Source of the DNA: Eledone cirrhosa
Taxonomy: Eukaryota
Length of the DNA: 64,000 nucleotides
Assembly: GCA_964016885.1 (NCBI GenBank)
Contig: OZ024746.1
Span: 57,040,001 to 57,104,000 of the forward strand
Direction: 5' to 3'
Shown: positions 43,243 to 57,660 of the stretch, in pieces
Layout of the letters: every line of letters starts with the position of its first letter
How positions within the stretch are numbered: position 1 is the first letter of the stretch
Notes under the pieces: model-generated
What the model was told of the DNA's origin: nothing
The model's database searches: none
What the model saw: only the letters and a program-made list of their open reading frames with translations
Program-made: the position numbers and the translations under genes

Positions 43243-43689
43243 AGCAGGAAAGTTTTGTGCAATTTATGTTTACAAGCCGAAATTGCCTCAGATTTTTTGT
43301 TTAAGATGTGGTCTGTGGCGTAGAGTATTTCCAGGGCCTCAGCGGCGCAGAGGTCACATGGTCATTTATTTCCGTTGTACGATCTAGCCCTAGCTAGGAT
43401 CTCCCATTGTAACTCATATTGGGTGTGGTTGTCTTTTAGACTCCAGATATAAGCTGAAAGTGACGTCATATTCCTTCTTAGAGAGTAAAGAAAAGAATGG
43501 GTTTGCATGTAAAGACGCTGCTTGAATCTATTGGCGGTTAACCCTATGTAGGCCCTACGGGACGTGGGTGTTTCAACCTTATATTTGTAGACAATGTTAC
43601 TAGAGAGGCAATACCCGGATAAGTGGCAATCAACCCGATTCCTACAATTACAGTTAGTACTAACTACAGAGTTGCACGTGTTCCTAGAT

Positions 43690-46664
43690 TTATAAATTCT
43701 ATAAGTGTGTTAACATTTCAAACATTCTGAATTTCATGTCGGTAACATTTATAGGAATTAGCTGGCCAACAGTATTGAAAGTTTTTACTGTTGATTAATT
43801 TCGACTTTAACGGAGATACTGAGCGTATTATCTATGAAGCTTGTTATTTACTTATTGTTAGAAATATTTAAATAACGATTATGTATATATATATATTAAT
43901 GAGCCAGTATATGTCAGGTAGATGATAACAACATAATAGATTGATGCATGTTAAGGTTAAATATACACCTATATATAACAAGGTCTAAATGCATTAATTA
44001 TTCTTAGTTCAGAAAATGTAGAAGTTAACTAAAGATTATACATAGTAATATATAGGGAGATATATATATATTAGGTATTAATGGGACAGTATACTGTAGG
44101 TAGATGATAAGTGTTACAATTTTATATAATAAAGTTCTACGTGTTACAATTAAATACATATATGTAAATAAGAGAAATAATAATAAAAATGCTTGGATAA
44201 TTCAGAGTTCAATATAATGTCTGTAATTTATAGTTTGGATATTTGCTCTATATGTGAATCATGGATATATAAATGTAGTAGGTATTTAAAAACAAATATA
44301 GAAAATATAATTACGCACATATTATAATGTATTATAAATAAGAGATAAAAAAACGCGTTAAAAATTTCACAGTTATAAATAAGATCCGTAAAAATATATG
44401 GGTTGGATATTAAACTAAAATTTAAAACTTAGAAAGGAAGATAGATAGAGGGATAAAAAATAAAGAAATAAAGAAATAATGGTATTGATCAAAGTTAGTA
44501 AAATAATGTTATGTGTGTAAATGTTCAGCATGTTATTGAACAAGTGTCTTTCATTCGAGCGTTATTTATTCTATAGATAGTTATAAGATAATGCAATATT
44601 AAAGGCTATTAATGTTTTTCCCTGTTGGTTATATATGTCTGACAACTAAGTTGTTAATGGTTTAATGCTAGACTCTCTTTTTTTTCTCGTTTTGTGGGAG
44701 GCTAAAAATGTGGATGTAGCTTTATGGAGGCAACTAGAGAATAATTCACTTTTTTTGTTAATTATGGTCTCATAATTATTAATAATCAACAGGGTCTCCA
44801 TTGTACAGAGCGAGCAGTTATTTGATATACTAGAGTTGCGGTAAATTGCACAGTTACGAAGTTTTGTCCAAAGAATGGAGTATTTTAAATTTTTCTCTTT
44901 TAATGACCATATGAGCTGTGATAAAGACGTGGATGATTTCCTCTTTGAGTTCGAGAATGAGCATTTATGGTTCGCAAATCTGTCTTTACAAGTGGAAGAA
45001 GTGAATCCTATGTAGTTGTAAGTATTGTGATCAGTTTTTGCAGTGCATTTATAAACCAAATTACTATCTAAACAATTATTTTGCAAAGGGCAATCAGTTT
45101 TATTAAATACAATTACACTTTGGTTTAGTATCATTTATGTTAACTCTATTATTAAGATCAATATGTTGGTTTTGTTTTAGGATTTTATTGTTTAATTTGG
45201 CAATGTTTTGGGCCATATTACAGGTTGTAGAATAGGAGAATTTAACGGTATGTCTGTTAAAAATGGAATAGTATTTATGTTGCGTAGGGAAAGAGGTGTC
45301 AAGAGCGTTAAAGAATAATTTTGCGATTGGTGTTTTAACTGTGTCCGAAGCAGGGGGAGGCAAACCATATGACTGATTTAGTTCTCGTTCGTATCCTCGA
45401 TTTATTTGGCATATAGGTGTTTGAGTTATAATTATTAGAGTTTCGCTTATATATGTTAGTATTTTTCTTAAGTATAATATTTGGATTATTATTATGTACA
45501 TATTCTATATTATTCGGATATCCTGCTCTTTTTAATGCGTTGTTGTAGTATTCAGCATTTTCATCGAATATACCTTTATTGGCTGATATTTTATTAATTC
45601 GCTTTTGCACACTATTTACTATAGCTTTTTTACAGATCTAGGGTGATTTGAATAGTTACTAACATAGTTTAAGTTTTCATTGGGCTTATGAAAAGGGTAA
45701 TAGAAGCCAGTGTTTAAGTTAAAAGTAACATCTAGGAAATTAACTATTTTGGTACCATTTTCAACTTCTAATTTAAGGTCGTACATTTTAAATAATTCTA
45801 TTATACTTTTCTTTACTTTATTTAGTTCTATATTGTTGTGTTTGACCACTTTAAATAAAATGTCGTCCCTATATAAACCACCGGTAATCTCAGGCAGTTT
45901 TCTATTTATCATGTTTAATATGAACATTCCCAGAAGATCTGTGATTTGCGCGGAATCGGATGCACTCATAGTGATATCAAAGTTTCTATCTCTATCTGAT
46001 CGTGTCCAGTATTTGTTGTTGAAGTTAATAAGAGTTCTTCTGGCTGTTAGTATTATATTGATTTCCTCTGTGGTTATATCAGTATGCTTATAAGCATATG
46101 AAAGGGCCTTATTTAGGAGGGTAGGTGTTATGGAAGAATAGTAGCTAGTAATGTCTATCAGGATGAATTTATGTTTTTTTTTTATCTTCTATATTCGTGT
46201 ACCATTCTATGACTTCGTTTGCATCTTTCCATAAGCTCAAGTTAGATTTCAATTTAAGAGTGGGTAATATTCTATCTATGATGTTTTTACTGAGTACTCC
46301 TATATCCAATTTGGATGGAACAATCAGTCTAACTGGCATCTCTTCCTTAAAGTTTCTTTTATGATCCTTCAGGTTAATCATCGGCTGTCTAAGTAAGAAT
46401 GGCTCTGTTCTTCCTTCTATTCCTACATTGGTAATTAATTTGTAGGCTTCTTCATTAATTTCAGTAAGATCCTCCGCCGGGGCTTTTTTGTAATTTTACG
46501 TAAGTTCTTTTAAAATCAACTTGTTATATTCATCTTTGTCCGATTTAACCAATACTTTGTTAACGTTTTTAATTTCAGTGATTTTATCTTTTAGAGTTCT
46601 GAGGTTTTGGTGACCTATATATGGGTTTTTCCTAAATTTGATTTTTGTATTATTCTTTTAAATC
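43690..46664 (-). mobile_element. Penelope-like element (third family, YRDD-type RT + C-terminal GIY-YIG), disrupted, with long AT-rich 3' region
   Basis: INLKDHKRNF..VRLI, MSASDSAQITDLLG..GLYRDD, VNFLDVTFNL, FHKPN..SNHP, CPLQNNCL..LVYKC..YIGFTSSTCKDRFANH..CSLC. Confidence 0.9.
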
Positions 46665-48470
46665 CAGATTTGCGAACCATAAATGCTCATTCTCGAACTA
46701 AAAGAGGAAATCACCCATGTCTTTATCACAGCTCATATGGTCATTAAAAGAGAAAAATTTAAAATACTCCATTGGACAAAACTTCGTAAATGTGGAATTT
46801 ACCGCAACTCTAGTATATCAAATAACTGCTCGCTCTGTACAAGAAAGACCATGTTGATTATTAATAACTATCAGACCCTAATTACTAAAAAAAGTGAATT
46901 ATTCTCTAGTTGCCTCCATAAAGCTACATCCACATTCTTAGCCTCCCACAAAACGAGAAAAAAAAGAGAGTCTAGCATTAAACCATTAAAAACTTGGTTG
47001 TCAGACATATATAACCAACAGGGAAAAACATTAATGTCCTTTAATATTGCATTATCTTATAACTATCTATAGAATAAATAACGCTCGAATGAAAGACACT
47101 TGTTCAATAACATGCTGAACATTTACACACATAACATTATTTTACTAACTTTGATCAATACCATTATTTCTTTATTTCTTTATTTTTTATCCCTCTATCT
47201 ATCTTCCTTTCTAAGTTTTAAATTTTAGTTTAATATCCAACCCATATATTTTTACGGATCTTATTCATAACTGTGAATTTTTTAACGCGTTTTTGATCTC
47301 TTATTTATAATATATTATAATATGTACGTAATTATATTTTCTATATATATTTTTTTTAAATATACCTACTGCATTTATATATCAATTATTCAAATATAGA
47401 GCAAATATCCAAACTATAAATAATAGACATCATCTTGAACTCTGAATTATCAATGTATTTTTTATTATTCTTTCTCTTATCTACATATTTGTATTTAACT
47501 GTAACACGTAGAACTTTATTATATAAAATGGTAACCGTTATCATCTACTTAAGGTATACTGTACCATTAATACCTAAAATATATCTATATATACATCCCT
47601 ATATATTACTATATATAATTTTTAGTTAACTTCTAAATGTTTAGTTAACTTCTAAATTTCTTGATTACGTTTACTCTGAACTAAGAATAATTAATGCATG
47701 TACACCCTGTTATTTATAGGTGTATATTTAACCTTAACATGCACCAATCTATTATATACTTATCATCTACCTAAAATATACTGGCTCATTAATATATATA
47801 TACATAATCGTTATTTAAATATTTCTAACAATAAGTAATTCACAAGCTTTACATACCTAATAAACTCAGTATCTCCGTTAAAGTTGAAATTAATCAACAG
47901 TATAAACTTTCACTCCTGTTGGCCAGCTAATTCCTATAAATGTTACCCACATGAAATTCAGAAGCTTTGAAATTTTAACACACTTTTAGAATTTATAAAA
48001 CTAATATATAAATAACCAGAAATAACCCCCACCAAAAAAAAAATTCGAACCTTCACCCTATAATACCACAAATTAAATATTTTCAAAATTAACCGTTTAA
48101 CTTTCGGCAAAAATAAATCTCCTTCAGCTTATTACCCTTTATTCAAAAATTATAGTATCATACATCTTAATATCTATATAACTGTTACATTAAGTAACGT
48201 TTTCTTACTCGCACTTTCTCTGTTGAATTTATTACGTTTTCGCATTTTCTCATTATTAGGGTATAAATGTTAAATTTTTCTTGGGTTAATCACTACCTCG
48301 ATTAAATCTTAACCATTTAACATCTCAGTGTGTCATGTATCATTATATTTTGTCTGATGAGGACGTACAGCTGTACATCCGAAATATGTATAATAAAATG
48401 TAATTGATCAAAAGAACATCTATTTTATTAATATTTGTATTTTAATATTAATAACTCTGGAAAATTATTT
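46665..48470 (+). mobile_element. inverted 3' copy of the same PLE (end of GIY-YIG, 3' region, terminus)
   Basis: 46665-48000 is the reverse complement of ~43690-44982. Ends in a hammerhead plus aataaa. Confidence 0.88.
48342..48404 (+). ncRNA. type I hammerhead ribozyme at PLE terminus, intact core
   Basis: Stem I attatattttgt/ataaaatgtaat (12 bp including GU), ctgatga, stem II ggacgtacag/ctgtacatcc, gaa-atatgtat-a. Confidence 0.85.
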
Positions 48471-48543
48471 ACCGTAGAGTGCTTCCAATCTATTGTAAAA
48501 CTCATTCTTTGACATACTCATTGAATCTTGTTTTACTATTAGG

Positions 48544-48581
<38 letters not shown>

Positions 48582-48620
48582 TAAATATATATACCGAGAG
48601 AGAGAAACAGAGAGAGACAG

Positions 48621-48715
<95 letters not shown>

Positions 48716-48879
48716 GGAGAGGGGAAAAGTTGGTGAGAAAGAGAGAGAAATGTACATGTATACATATTTTTGTTTGGTGGGAGAGTGTTTGAATGTGGAG
48801 TATTTGAAAACATGTATACAATTTATTCAATAAATATTTGTCCTACGTAATATATTATTAAATCAATTAAGCTTGTCAA

Positions 48880-49205
48880 TCCCGTGGGATGTTGTAGCTC
48901 CGTCTGTCTCACAACGAATGATCCAGTCGGTTAAACAACAGATCTGCATATTCAAGAAATTAAAGAGCAAGTATCTGAGCATAGTACAGACAGGTGCACT
49001 CTTAACTTATTTTTAATGAGATAGACAAGGACACAGTCACTAACAAAGTCAGTTTTTAGATTTACATGTGCAACTTATTTTTGACAACTGGGTGGACTGG
49101 AATAATATACAATAACGTGGCTTGCTCTAGGAAATGCCCAAACAGGAATCGCACTAGGAACTCTGTCAATGCCAGCCGAAAACTCTATCCATTCACTGAA
49201 CCCCC
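48880..49205 (-). mobile_element. old degenerate SINE-like repeat
   Basis: ggtggactggaat..gtggcttgctctaggaa..ggaatcgcactaggaactc resembles a SINE body followed by a tRNA-like head read in reverse. Confidence 0.35.
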
Positions 49206-50377
49206 TAAACAAAAAGTGTCATTTTGTAACGGCAAATTATGTATTGAATCTCCATAGTATGTGATTGTATATAAATTCCATATCTGCATATAAATTCCTA
49301 TATTTGATAAAATATTAGGTAATGTTCATATCCCATTGAAAGAAGAAATAATTCGACCGCATCATAGATTCTTATGTAAAGTATTTTTTTTTTATAGCTA
49401 TGTTGGTGAATTGGCAGTGTGGTTAGATTGTCAAAATGAGTTTATGTTTAAATATGTGTTCCATTTCATTAATTTCTATGTTCAAATACTCAAATGGCAC
49501 ATCTTGATAACTATCCGGAATCTGGAACGGTGGATTCGGGGATTTGGTAAGGCTTTGGCTCTATATAGTCGTGTCTCTTTACGTCACAACTTGAAACTAT
49601 AGCATTTGGTATAAGCCAAGATAGTATAGGAAATATCATATAGTGTACATATACTTCACGATCCACTGTAACGTTTAGTTGGGAAATGCAATGCAACTCA
49701 ACTAGGTAGCTAGTTCGGTTCCTTAAGGAATATGTTGTACTCATTAAATATAACACAATCAACTTAAGATCTTTCACGTCTTACATATTTCATTCTGTGA
49801 AGTATTACCAAAGGTATTCAATGGAATGCTAATGGTTAACACAACAAATTCTACTTGAAAGGCCGCTGTTCAAACACATAAGCTGTTCTGCTTTCGATCA
49901 TTCTTAGTGACTTTCAATTGAGCTTTCAACCCAGAGTCAGTCTAATGAAATTAAACCTCAAACGAACAAGGAAATAAATGCATACAACCAATATATACGA
50001 ATATATAAAACACGAAAGAATGTATACACACATATATATGTACGCGTATGTGTATTCGTGTATGTCTATGGGTGAGAGGGGGTGTTGGTAGTTTTATGCC
50101 TCGTTATATGTGGTTTACATTCCAAGGGAAATATACCTGCTTATAATATTCAAATAAAAGTAGTTTCTTGACCTGATTTACACAGGGAAGCGATTATCAC
50201 AGAGAATATTTCACACATTATTCTGTTTTCTCATTACACCACGACCACTGTAGAGCTCGTGCCTCCGAGATTTTCTTTCCACTATCACTTACATAGAAAT
50301 ATTATATTTACTTTTTTAATCAAATAGTTTCCCAATTTCTTACATTCGTAATTACTATATATACACACATATACATA

Positions 50378-50415
<38 letters not shown>

Positions 50416-50435
50416 TGTGTGAGTGTGTGTGTGAG

Positions 50436-50472
<37 letters not shown>

Positions 50473-50854
50473 AAGAGGGGTGCGTATGTATGTATTTTGG
50501 CCAAATTTCCTTTCATCCGTCACAGCGTTTCATTGTAAGACACTTTAACCAAATATTGTGCTCTCGTAAATCTGAATCCAGCTAAAGTTCAAAGGGTTTT
50601 AGTGATATCAATAAACCAAGGTTAAGTTATTGCAACTGAAGATAAGATGACGTGTTCTTTGAGCAAAACTTGTTTGTGGTTTCTTATGAGTGAACCACAA
50701 TTATGTCGTGGCCTACAATCTGTAAAGCTATGCCTGAATCTAGTGCTCTTCACATAATCTAGAAAAATACATGTTTGCCTATGTTGCTGACGTTTTATTA
50801 TAAACTGAGGAAGAAGCATCGTTTGGTATAGTTGTAAGAAGATATGGCAAAATA

Positions 50855-51025
50855 TGGTGTGGTATTTAGTTTCGACCCATTTAGTTTCAGGTTCGAATCC
50901 TTACAAGGTTCATATTACTTTTCATTCGTCCAGTTTCGATAAAATAATTCACCAGTAATCTACTGGTGGCAATTTATTCTACATCCTCCTCTCCTCAAAT
51001 TATAAGCCTGGGTTTTATTTAGGAA
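50855..51025 (+). mobile_element. degenerate SINE
   Basis: tggtgtggtatttag..caggttcgaatcc (A/B-box-like) then ttttcattcgtccagtttcgataaaataattcaccagt. Confidence 0.6.
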
Positions 51026-51536
51026 CTTTTGTAGCCATAGAGTTGGTATAGGTATGACCTCCACGAAATTTAAGATATATTTACAGTGAAAGTTACTTTG
51101 TTTGTGAATAATATAATCTCCATGGGTATGCATTGTAGTATGTTACTCTGTTACAAGTATTACTTTCATCCATCCATGAAACACTTGTTTTTTACATTTC
51201 TTTGGAAAAAATGCCCTCTAGCATATATGTGCAGTCTATATACATATTAAACGAAAAAGCAAATACGATACGCCAATGAAACGTTATCTAAAAGATGAAA
51301 TTGAGAGATATAGATATTATTTTCCAAACAACATGGAAGAAACTCACACATTAACAAATCCTACGCGTTTATACGCACACTCATATACATACAAATACAT
51401 ACACATATATATATATATATATATATATGCATACACACTTACACTCACACGTACGTACATCTATATATATATATCTTTATATATCTATATCTATAAACAT
51501 ACATATATATAAACATATCTATATATATATATATAT

Positions 51537-51627
<91 letters not shown>

Positions 51628-51852
51628 TCATAAATATATATGGGTGTGTGTGTGTGAGTATATATGTGTATATATTCCAATATACATATATATAGGAATG
51701 AAAAATAGCGTGTTGTGTGTTGCATATGTGATATACAAATTAAAATGAAGAATTAGTAATAGAACTCAGGACTATCCATCATCTATCTTTTTATATATAT
51801 TTATATATACGTGGGTATATATATAAATATATATATATATTTATATATGCGT

Positions 51853-51900
<48 letters not shown>

Positions 51901-52180
51901 TCCTATGAAACTATTTCGTCCCTAGATATATTTTCAATTCACCTCCATATGCAGACTGATATATATAAATAAATATATATATATATATATACATATATTT
52001 ATAGGAATATATACACATATATACTCACACACACACAGGCACCCATATATATTTATTTATATATGTGTATATATCTATATATATCTATCTCTTTCTCTCT
52101 CTCTCTCTATATATATATATATGTATATGTATACATATATGTTTATATATATGTATGTATATAGATATAGATATATATAG

Positions 52181-52327
<147 letters not shown>

Positions 52328-53432
52328 TATGCAATTTCTTCGTCCCTTAGATATATTTCCAATTCACCTTATGTGGTACATTGGTTCATTCATTCAAACA
52401 TAGTCTCCCAGCCTCAGCATCAACTTCACAAGTTTAGTAGAGATATCATACAACCGCATTCTTAGAGAAGAGCCATTATACCAAAATAGAAACGTATTTT
52501 CTAGGGATTATTTAGAAATCTAACAATTGCATTTATTGTTCCAAAATTCTTCCAAGATTTAGAGTGAGTTTTTCCATAAATTCTGTTACGTGAACTCTAT
52601 CCAATAATTCTTTAACATGAGATTGACTAAAGTCAATTTTTTTTTTACTCTTTTTATGTTTATTTCTTACTTGTATATAGGATTTTTTTCGCTCTGTTTA
52701 GCTATGAATACCTTTTTACTTTTCTTTATTTTATTTCAAAGAAAGCTCTGAAACTTTCGTATACAAATACACTATCGATCTACCAATGACATTCATATCG
52801 ATTTTATTTCAACATACGTAACGAATAAAGAAATTCACTCTTCTCTCTATCTCACTTCTCATATGTCAAAATATACACATATAAAACAATATACTGATGT
52901 CTTGCTACGCACACACATACCCATACACGGACGTATTTTGGATACAGGCATGTATATATAAACATATAAGTGACTGCGTAAGAGTGTGCGTATCTCTGTA
53001 TATTCCAGTATATATATATATGTACTATATGTATATAAATATATATATATATATATATACACGTGTATATATATGCTTTTTGATCTTCTTCAATCGATTA
53101 GGTGAGTTCATGCTGGGGCACTGCCATTGCTGCTACACTCTCTAATGGCCGTGTTTCGTTCGTTTCCCAACGAGGCGTAATCATGTTTGACATTGGTGTT
53201 TCTCTTCTCGTTGTGCTCGCATCTGCCATAAGTACCTAGTACATATCCAGATACATTCTGAAAGCAGCTACGCATATAACTGAGGGTTCTCTCAAAATTT
53301 TTGCCAGAATATTTTATAAGCTAGCACCAAAAATCCCAATGCATATGCAGTATCTTGTAATTTTTTTTTAATTGAGGATGGGGTACTTCTCGTCTAAATT
53401 CGTTTAGCAATATGTATATATTCCTGATGATT

Positions 53433-53513
<81 letters not shown>

Positions 53514-53516
53514 CTA

Positions 53517-53609
<93 letters not shown>

Positions 53610-53731
53610 ATAAACAGTATATACAAATCCACACACACACATATATATAACTATAAGTATATTGGAATTTCGTATTTATAAAAAAACACGGTATGTATGC
53701 AGCTATATACAGCTATGCCTGGAGCTAATCC

Positions 53732-53795
<64 letters not shown>

Positions 53796-53804
53796 AATTA
53801 TATA

Positions 53805-53854
<50 letters not shown>

Positions 53855-53999
53855 TACATATATATATATATAATTATATATATATATATATATATATAGG
53901 AACAAGTAAGACCCCGACGGCTGAGCTCAAGCCGTTTCGACGGCTAATTCTGTACGTTGGTGCGTTATGGTCCACCTGGTTCCTTACCACATTTCCTTC

Positions 54000-54055
<56 letters not shown>

Positions 54056-54297
54056 AATGTACGTATGTATAATTTTGTATAGTTGTTATCTTTCTCTTAA
54101 TTTCAAATAAATTGTTGTATGTGAGTACAGCTGTATGTATGTATGTACCTACGTTCCTATGTATGTACGTATGTATGTATGTTAGTACGTATGTATGTAT
54201 GAATATATGTATGTATTTATGTATGTATGTACGTATGTATGTACGTATGTATGTATGTACGTATGTAAGTACTTATGTATGTATGTAAGTACGTATG

Positions 54298-55406
54298 CCA
54301 GGAAGGGCATTGCTCTTGCACTTCCAGACGGCGAGTGTTATCCTATGGTGCTGACATGCAGCGTCTGTGCGAGACTCTGCCTAAGCAAAGCTGGACTCGA
54401 AAGTCATCTTCGCAGTCATAAAGTAAGACCAGTGGTTGACTACCAGGCTGCTGTTGGAGATGCTACTCATCATGCTTGCCAAACATGTGGTAGAGAATGT
54501 AAATCAGCAGGAGGGCTCAAGCGACATGCAAAAGTACACGAACTCCAACCACAGCCGACTATTCCCAGTGAAAGTTTTGGTTGCCGACTCTGTGCAAGAC
54601 ATTTTAGATCATTGGCTGGGCTAAAAAGCCACATTCGATTGCAGCACTGTTAGTTGCTATCGTGTGTGTGTGTGTGTGTGTAGATATGCTTATGTGCGTG
54701 AATGTGTGTGTATATATATATGAATATGTATATTATTATTGTTGTTGTCGTTATTATTATTATTGCTATTATTATTGCTATTATTATTATTATTTTTATT
54801 AATGTATGTGTGTGTATATGTGTGTGTGTATGAGTATGTATGTGTGTATGTATATATGTATGTATATATATATATATATATATATATTTCTCTTTTTTTT
54901 TATTTATTTATTATTATTATTATTATTGTTGTTGTTATTCCTTGAATCTCAGTCATTGATGTTGGTTAACTGGAAAGTCCGTTGGAATGAATATCAAGCC
55001 ACTACCTGCAGCCTCAGATATTCAGGACGTATCGGAGGGTTCTTGCTGTTCCAAGCAAGCATGCCTTTTGAAGCGTTCCAAAAAGCGTGAAGGGGCCGAT
55101 TTTCTTTAACCATCCCTGGAAACTGTTGGAGATAGTCCCCAGTGCGCCTATGACAATCGGGATCACTTTGACTTCATGGCAGTTCCAAATCCTTTTCACC
55201 TCCCACTTTAGGTCCTGGTATCGGTTAATTTTCTCCCTCTCCTTCTCTTGCACTCTCGTGTCGAACGGGCAGGCCACATCCACAATCAGACACGTGTATT
55301 ATTACTATTATTATTTTAGTTTATTTATTTATTTATTTTTTTATTATTATTTTTTTTTTCTTCTCGTGCAAAGGCCATACTCGATAATGAGGGGGCAGCC
55401 ATCATC
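54298..55406 (+). mobile_element. LINE 3' end (RTE-like) encoding three C2H2 zinc fingers; 3' UTR interrupted by an RLE element
   Basis: CSVCARLCLSKAGLESHLRSH, CQTCGRECKSAGGLKRHAKVH and CRLCARHFRSLAGLKSHIRLQH, stop at 54653. Tail ggccatactcgataatgagggggcagccatcatc. An empty-site paralogue lies at 57661-57970. Confidence 0.75.
54939..55290 (-). mobile_element. 3' end of R4/Dong-like RLE retrotransposon in a (TAA)n tract
   Basis: DVACPFDTRVQEKEREKINRYQDL..VIPIVIGALG..LQKACLLGTA. (tta)n lies on both sides. Confidence 0.85.
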
Positions 55407-55522
55407 ATGTATGCACGTAGTAAGTACGTATGTATGTAATTACGTATGTATGTATGAATACATGTATGTATAAATAATAAATGTGAAGACTAAAATCTGA
55501 TCTTATAGCAAATATATATATG

Positions 55523-55612
<90 letters not shown>

Positions 55613-56309
55613 CATATATATATAAACATATATGGGATGTATATCTCTCCTGTTTTCCATCACTGCACCTTATCTCTTTCATAGATGCCATCTCCTTTGT
55701 GTAGCTTTATATTCTGCAATTGACCTGATACTGTGGTTTGAGCGCATACTCTGAGCAATAGACCAGACGTCTGTAGAATAATATCCTATAGTATAGTACC
55801 TATATTATTAGTATAGGATCTATACTAACAAGTTCATACATTATCTTGTCCTGGATGACCTCAGAATCCTCTAGGCCAGTCAGTTGTACATTGACGCCAG
55901 GTTTATATGCACGTGAAACGACGGAATGCTGCTCATATTAATTTCTTTGTCGGCTCATATTTTGCTTCAGTATAAACTCTGTACTATATTTGTGATAGCT
56001 AAAGACGTGAAATATGTTGTCATTAAACTCCACATTGATGTCCTGTGTTTATTCTATTATAACTATATCCCGCTGTGTAGAGTAGCATGTAACTGATCCT
56101 TGATATATTTGTATCGTCAACATATCAAGTGAGAACAGGTACTCATACAGCAGTCTGTATTAATGTCTACGTTACCACAAATAGCAGTTTTTGTGTAAGT
56201 TTCCTATATTTGTTTAAGTATGTACGTAGATATCTCTGTATGTATGTATGTATATATGTGTATATGTATGTATATATGTGTATATGCATGTATGTATGTA
56301 TTTATGTAA

Positions 56310-56915
56310 GGTCACCAGTTGGTGCTACTGGTAACATGTATTCCATTACAACCTGTCCCATGGTCGGGTCGTTGGCGACTAAACTGGCAGCCCCACCAAT
56401 GATTCTTGGTGAGGAGGGTGACTTTGGACATCCTGCAGGAATAAAAACAAAACCTGTCAAAGTGCAAAGGAGCTCTTAAGAGTCAATAGCCATCAACATA
56501 ACCGGGAGAGATGACCCCTTAGACTTTGTCAAGGCAGAATTCTAGGAGAAGGAAAACTCTGATGTAACACCTGCAACCCTGATGGTATCCCATGATGTTG
56601 ACTTGTTCTTCTTTTTGGTATATATCATCTTGGGTTAAGAGAGTGGGACTGGATTTGTGCAGTGCCTTTGCTCACTATAAAAGCTTCACGGCACAGGCAT
56701 TGCTTTATATCTGGAGATCTATCTACACTTGTCGTCACATGGTACCAAGGGCCCAGCACTATGTGTCAATAATTGTCACAAGTGGAGTGTTTGTACCAGA
56801 GTTCTCAAGTCGCTGGCTGGACTCAAATGTCACACTTGTTCAGCGCATCGGTAGGGGTTCTCCGACATGGATATAAAGTAGTGGCCGTACTCGAAAACGA
56901 GTTGGCAGCCACCAT
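56310..56915 (+). mobile_element. ~600-bp non-coding LINE-derived element, copy 1
   Basis: Highly similar to 57079-57660 and 59367-59618. Contains ggagaaggaaaactctga and the tail ggccgtactcgaaaacgagttggcagccaccat. Confidence 0.8.
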
Positions 56916-57078
56916 TTATGTAAGTAAGTATGTATATTTTTATATGCGTGTATGAATATATATGTATGTATCTATATGTGTATGTATGTATGATTTAATG
57001 TATATATGTATGTATATATGTATATGTGTATTTATGGATGTGTGTGTATATGTATGTTATGTATGTATATGTATGTAA

Positions 57079-57660
57079 TAACATGTATTCCAGTACAACC
57101 TGTCCCATGGTCGGGTCGTTGGCGACTAAACTGGCAACCCCACCAAGGTTTCTTGGTGAGGAGGGGGACTTTGGCATCCTGAGGACTATAACCAAAACCT
57201 GTCAAAGTGCAAAGGAGCTCTTAAGAGTCAATGGCCATCCAAAATCACCGGGAGAGATGAACCCTTAACCTTTGTCAAGGCAGAATTCTAGGAGAAGGAA
57301 AACTCTGATATAACACCTGCAACATTGATGGTATCCAATGACGTTGACTTGTTCTTCTTTTTGGTAAATATCATCTTGGTTAAGCGAGTGGCACGGGCTC
57401 TGTGCAGTGCCTTTGCTCACTATAAAAGCTTCACGGCACAGGCATTGCTTTATATCTGGAGAGATCTCTCTGCACTTGTCGTCACATGGTACCATGGGCC
57501 CAGCACTGTGTCAATAATTTTCACAAGTGTAGTGTTTGTACCAGAGTTTTCAAGTCGCTGGCTGGACTAAAAAGTCACACTCGTTCAGCGCATCGGTAGG
57601 GGTTCTCCTACATGGATATAAAGTGGTGGCCGTACTCGAAAACGAGTTGGCAGCCACCAT
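57079..57660 (+). mobile_element. ~600-bp non-coding LINE-derived element, copy 2
   Basis: Colinear with copy 1 and slightly 5'-truncated. (GTAT)n flanks. Confidence 0.8.

Noticed and set aside
50600-50830. PLE thumb-region remnant (NIGK.., LIRNHK)
   Set aside because: Similarity too weak to support without a search.
54195-54653. Host C2H2 zinc-finger gene
   Set aside because: The ATG lies in a microsatellite, the segment is absent from the paralogous empty site, and a second copy follows LINE motifs.
56310-56400. HDV-like ribozyme at the 5' end of the 600-bp element
   Set aside because: P2/P4/ctaa-like pieces are present but I could not build P1 or a proper P3/L3.
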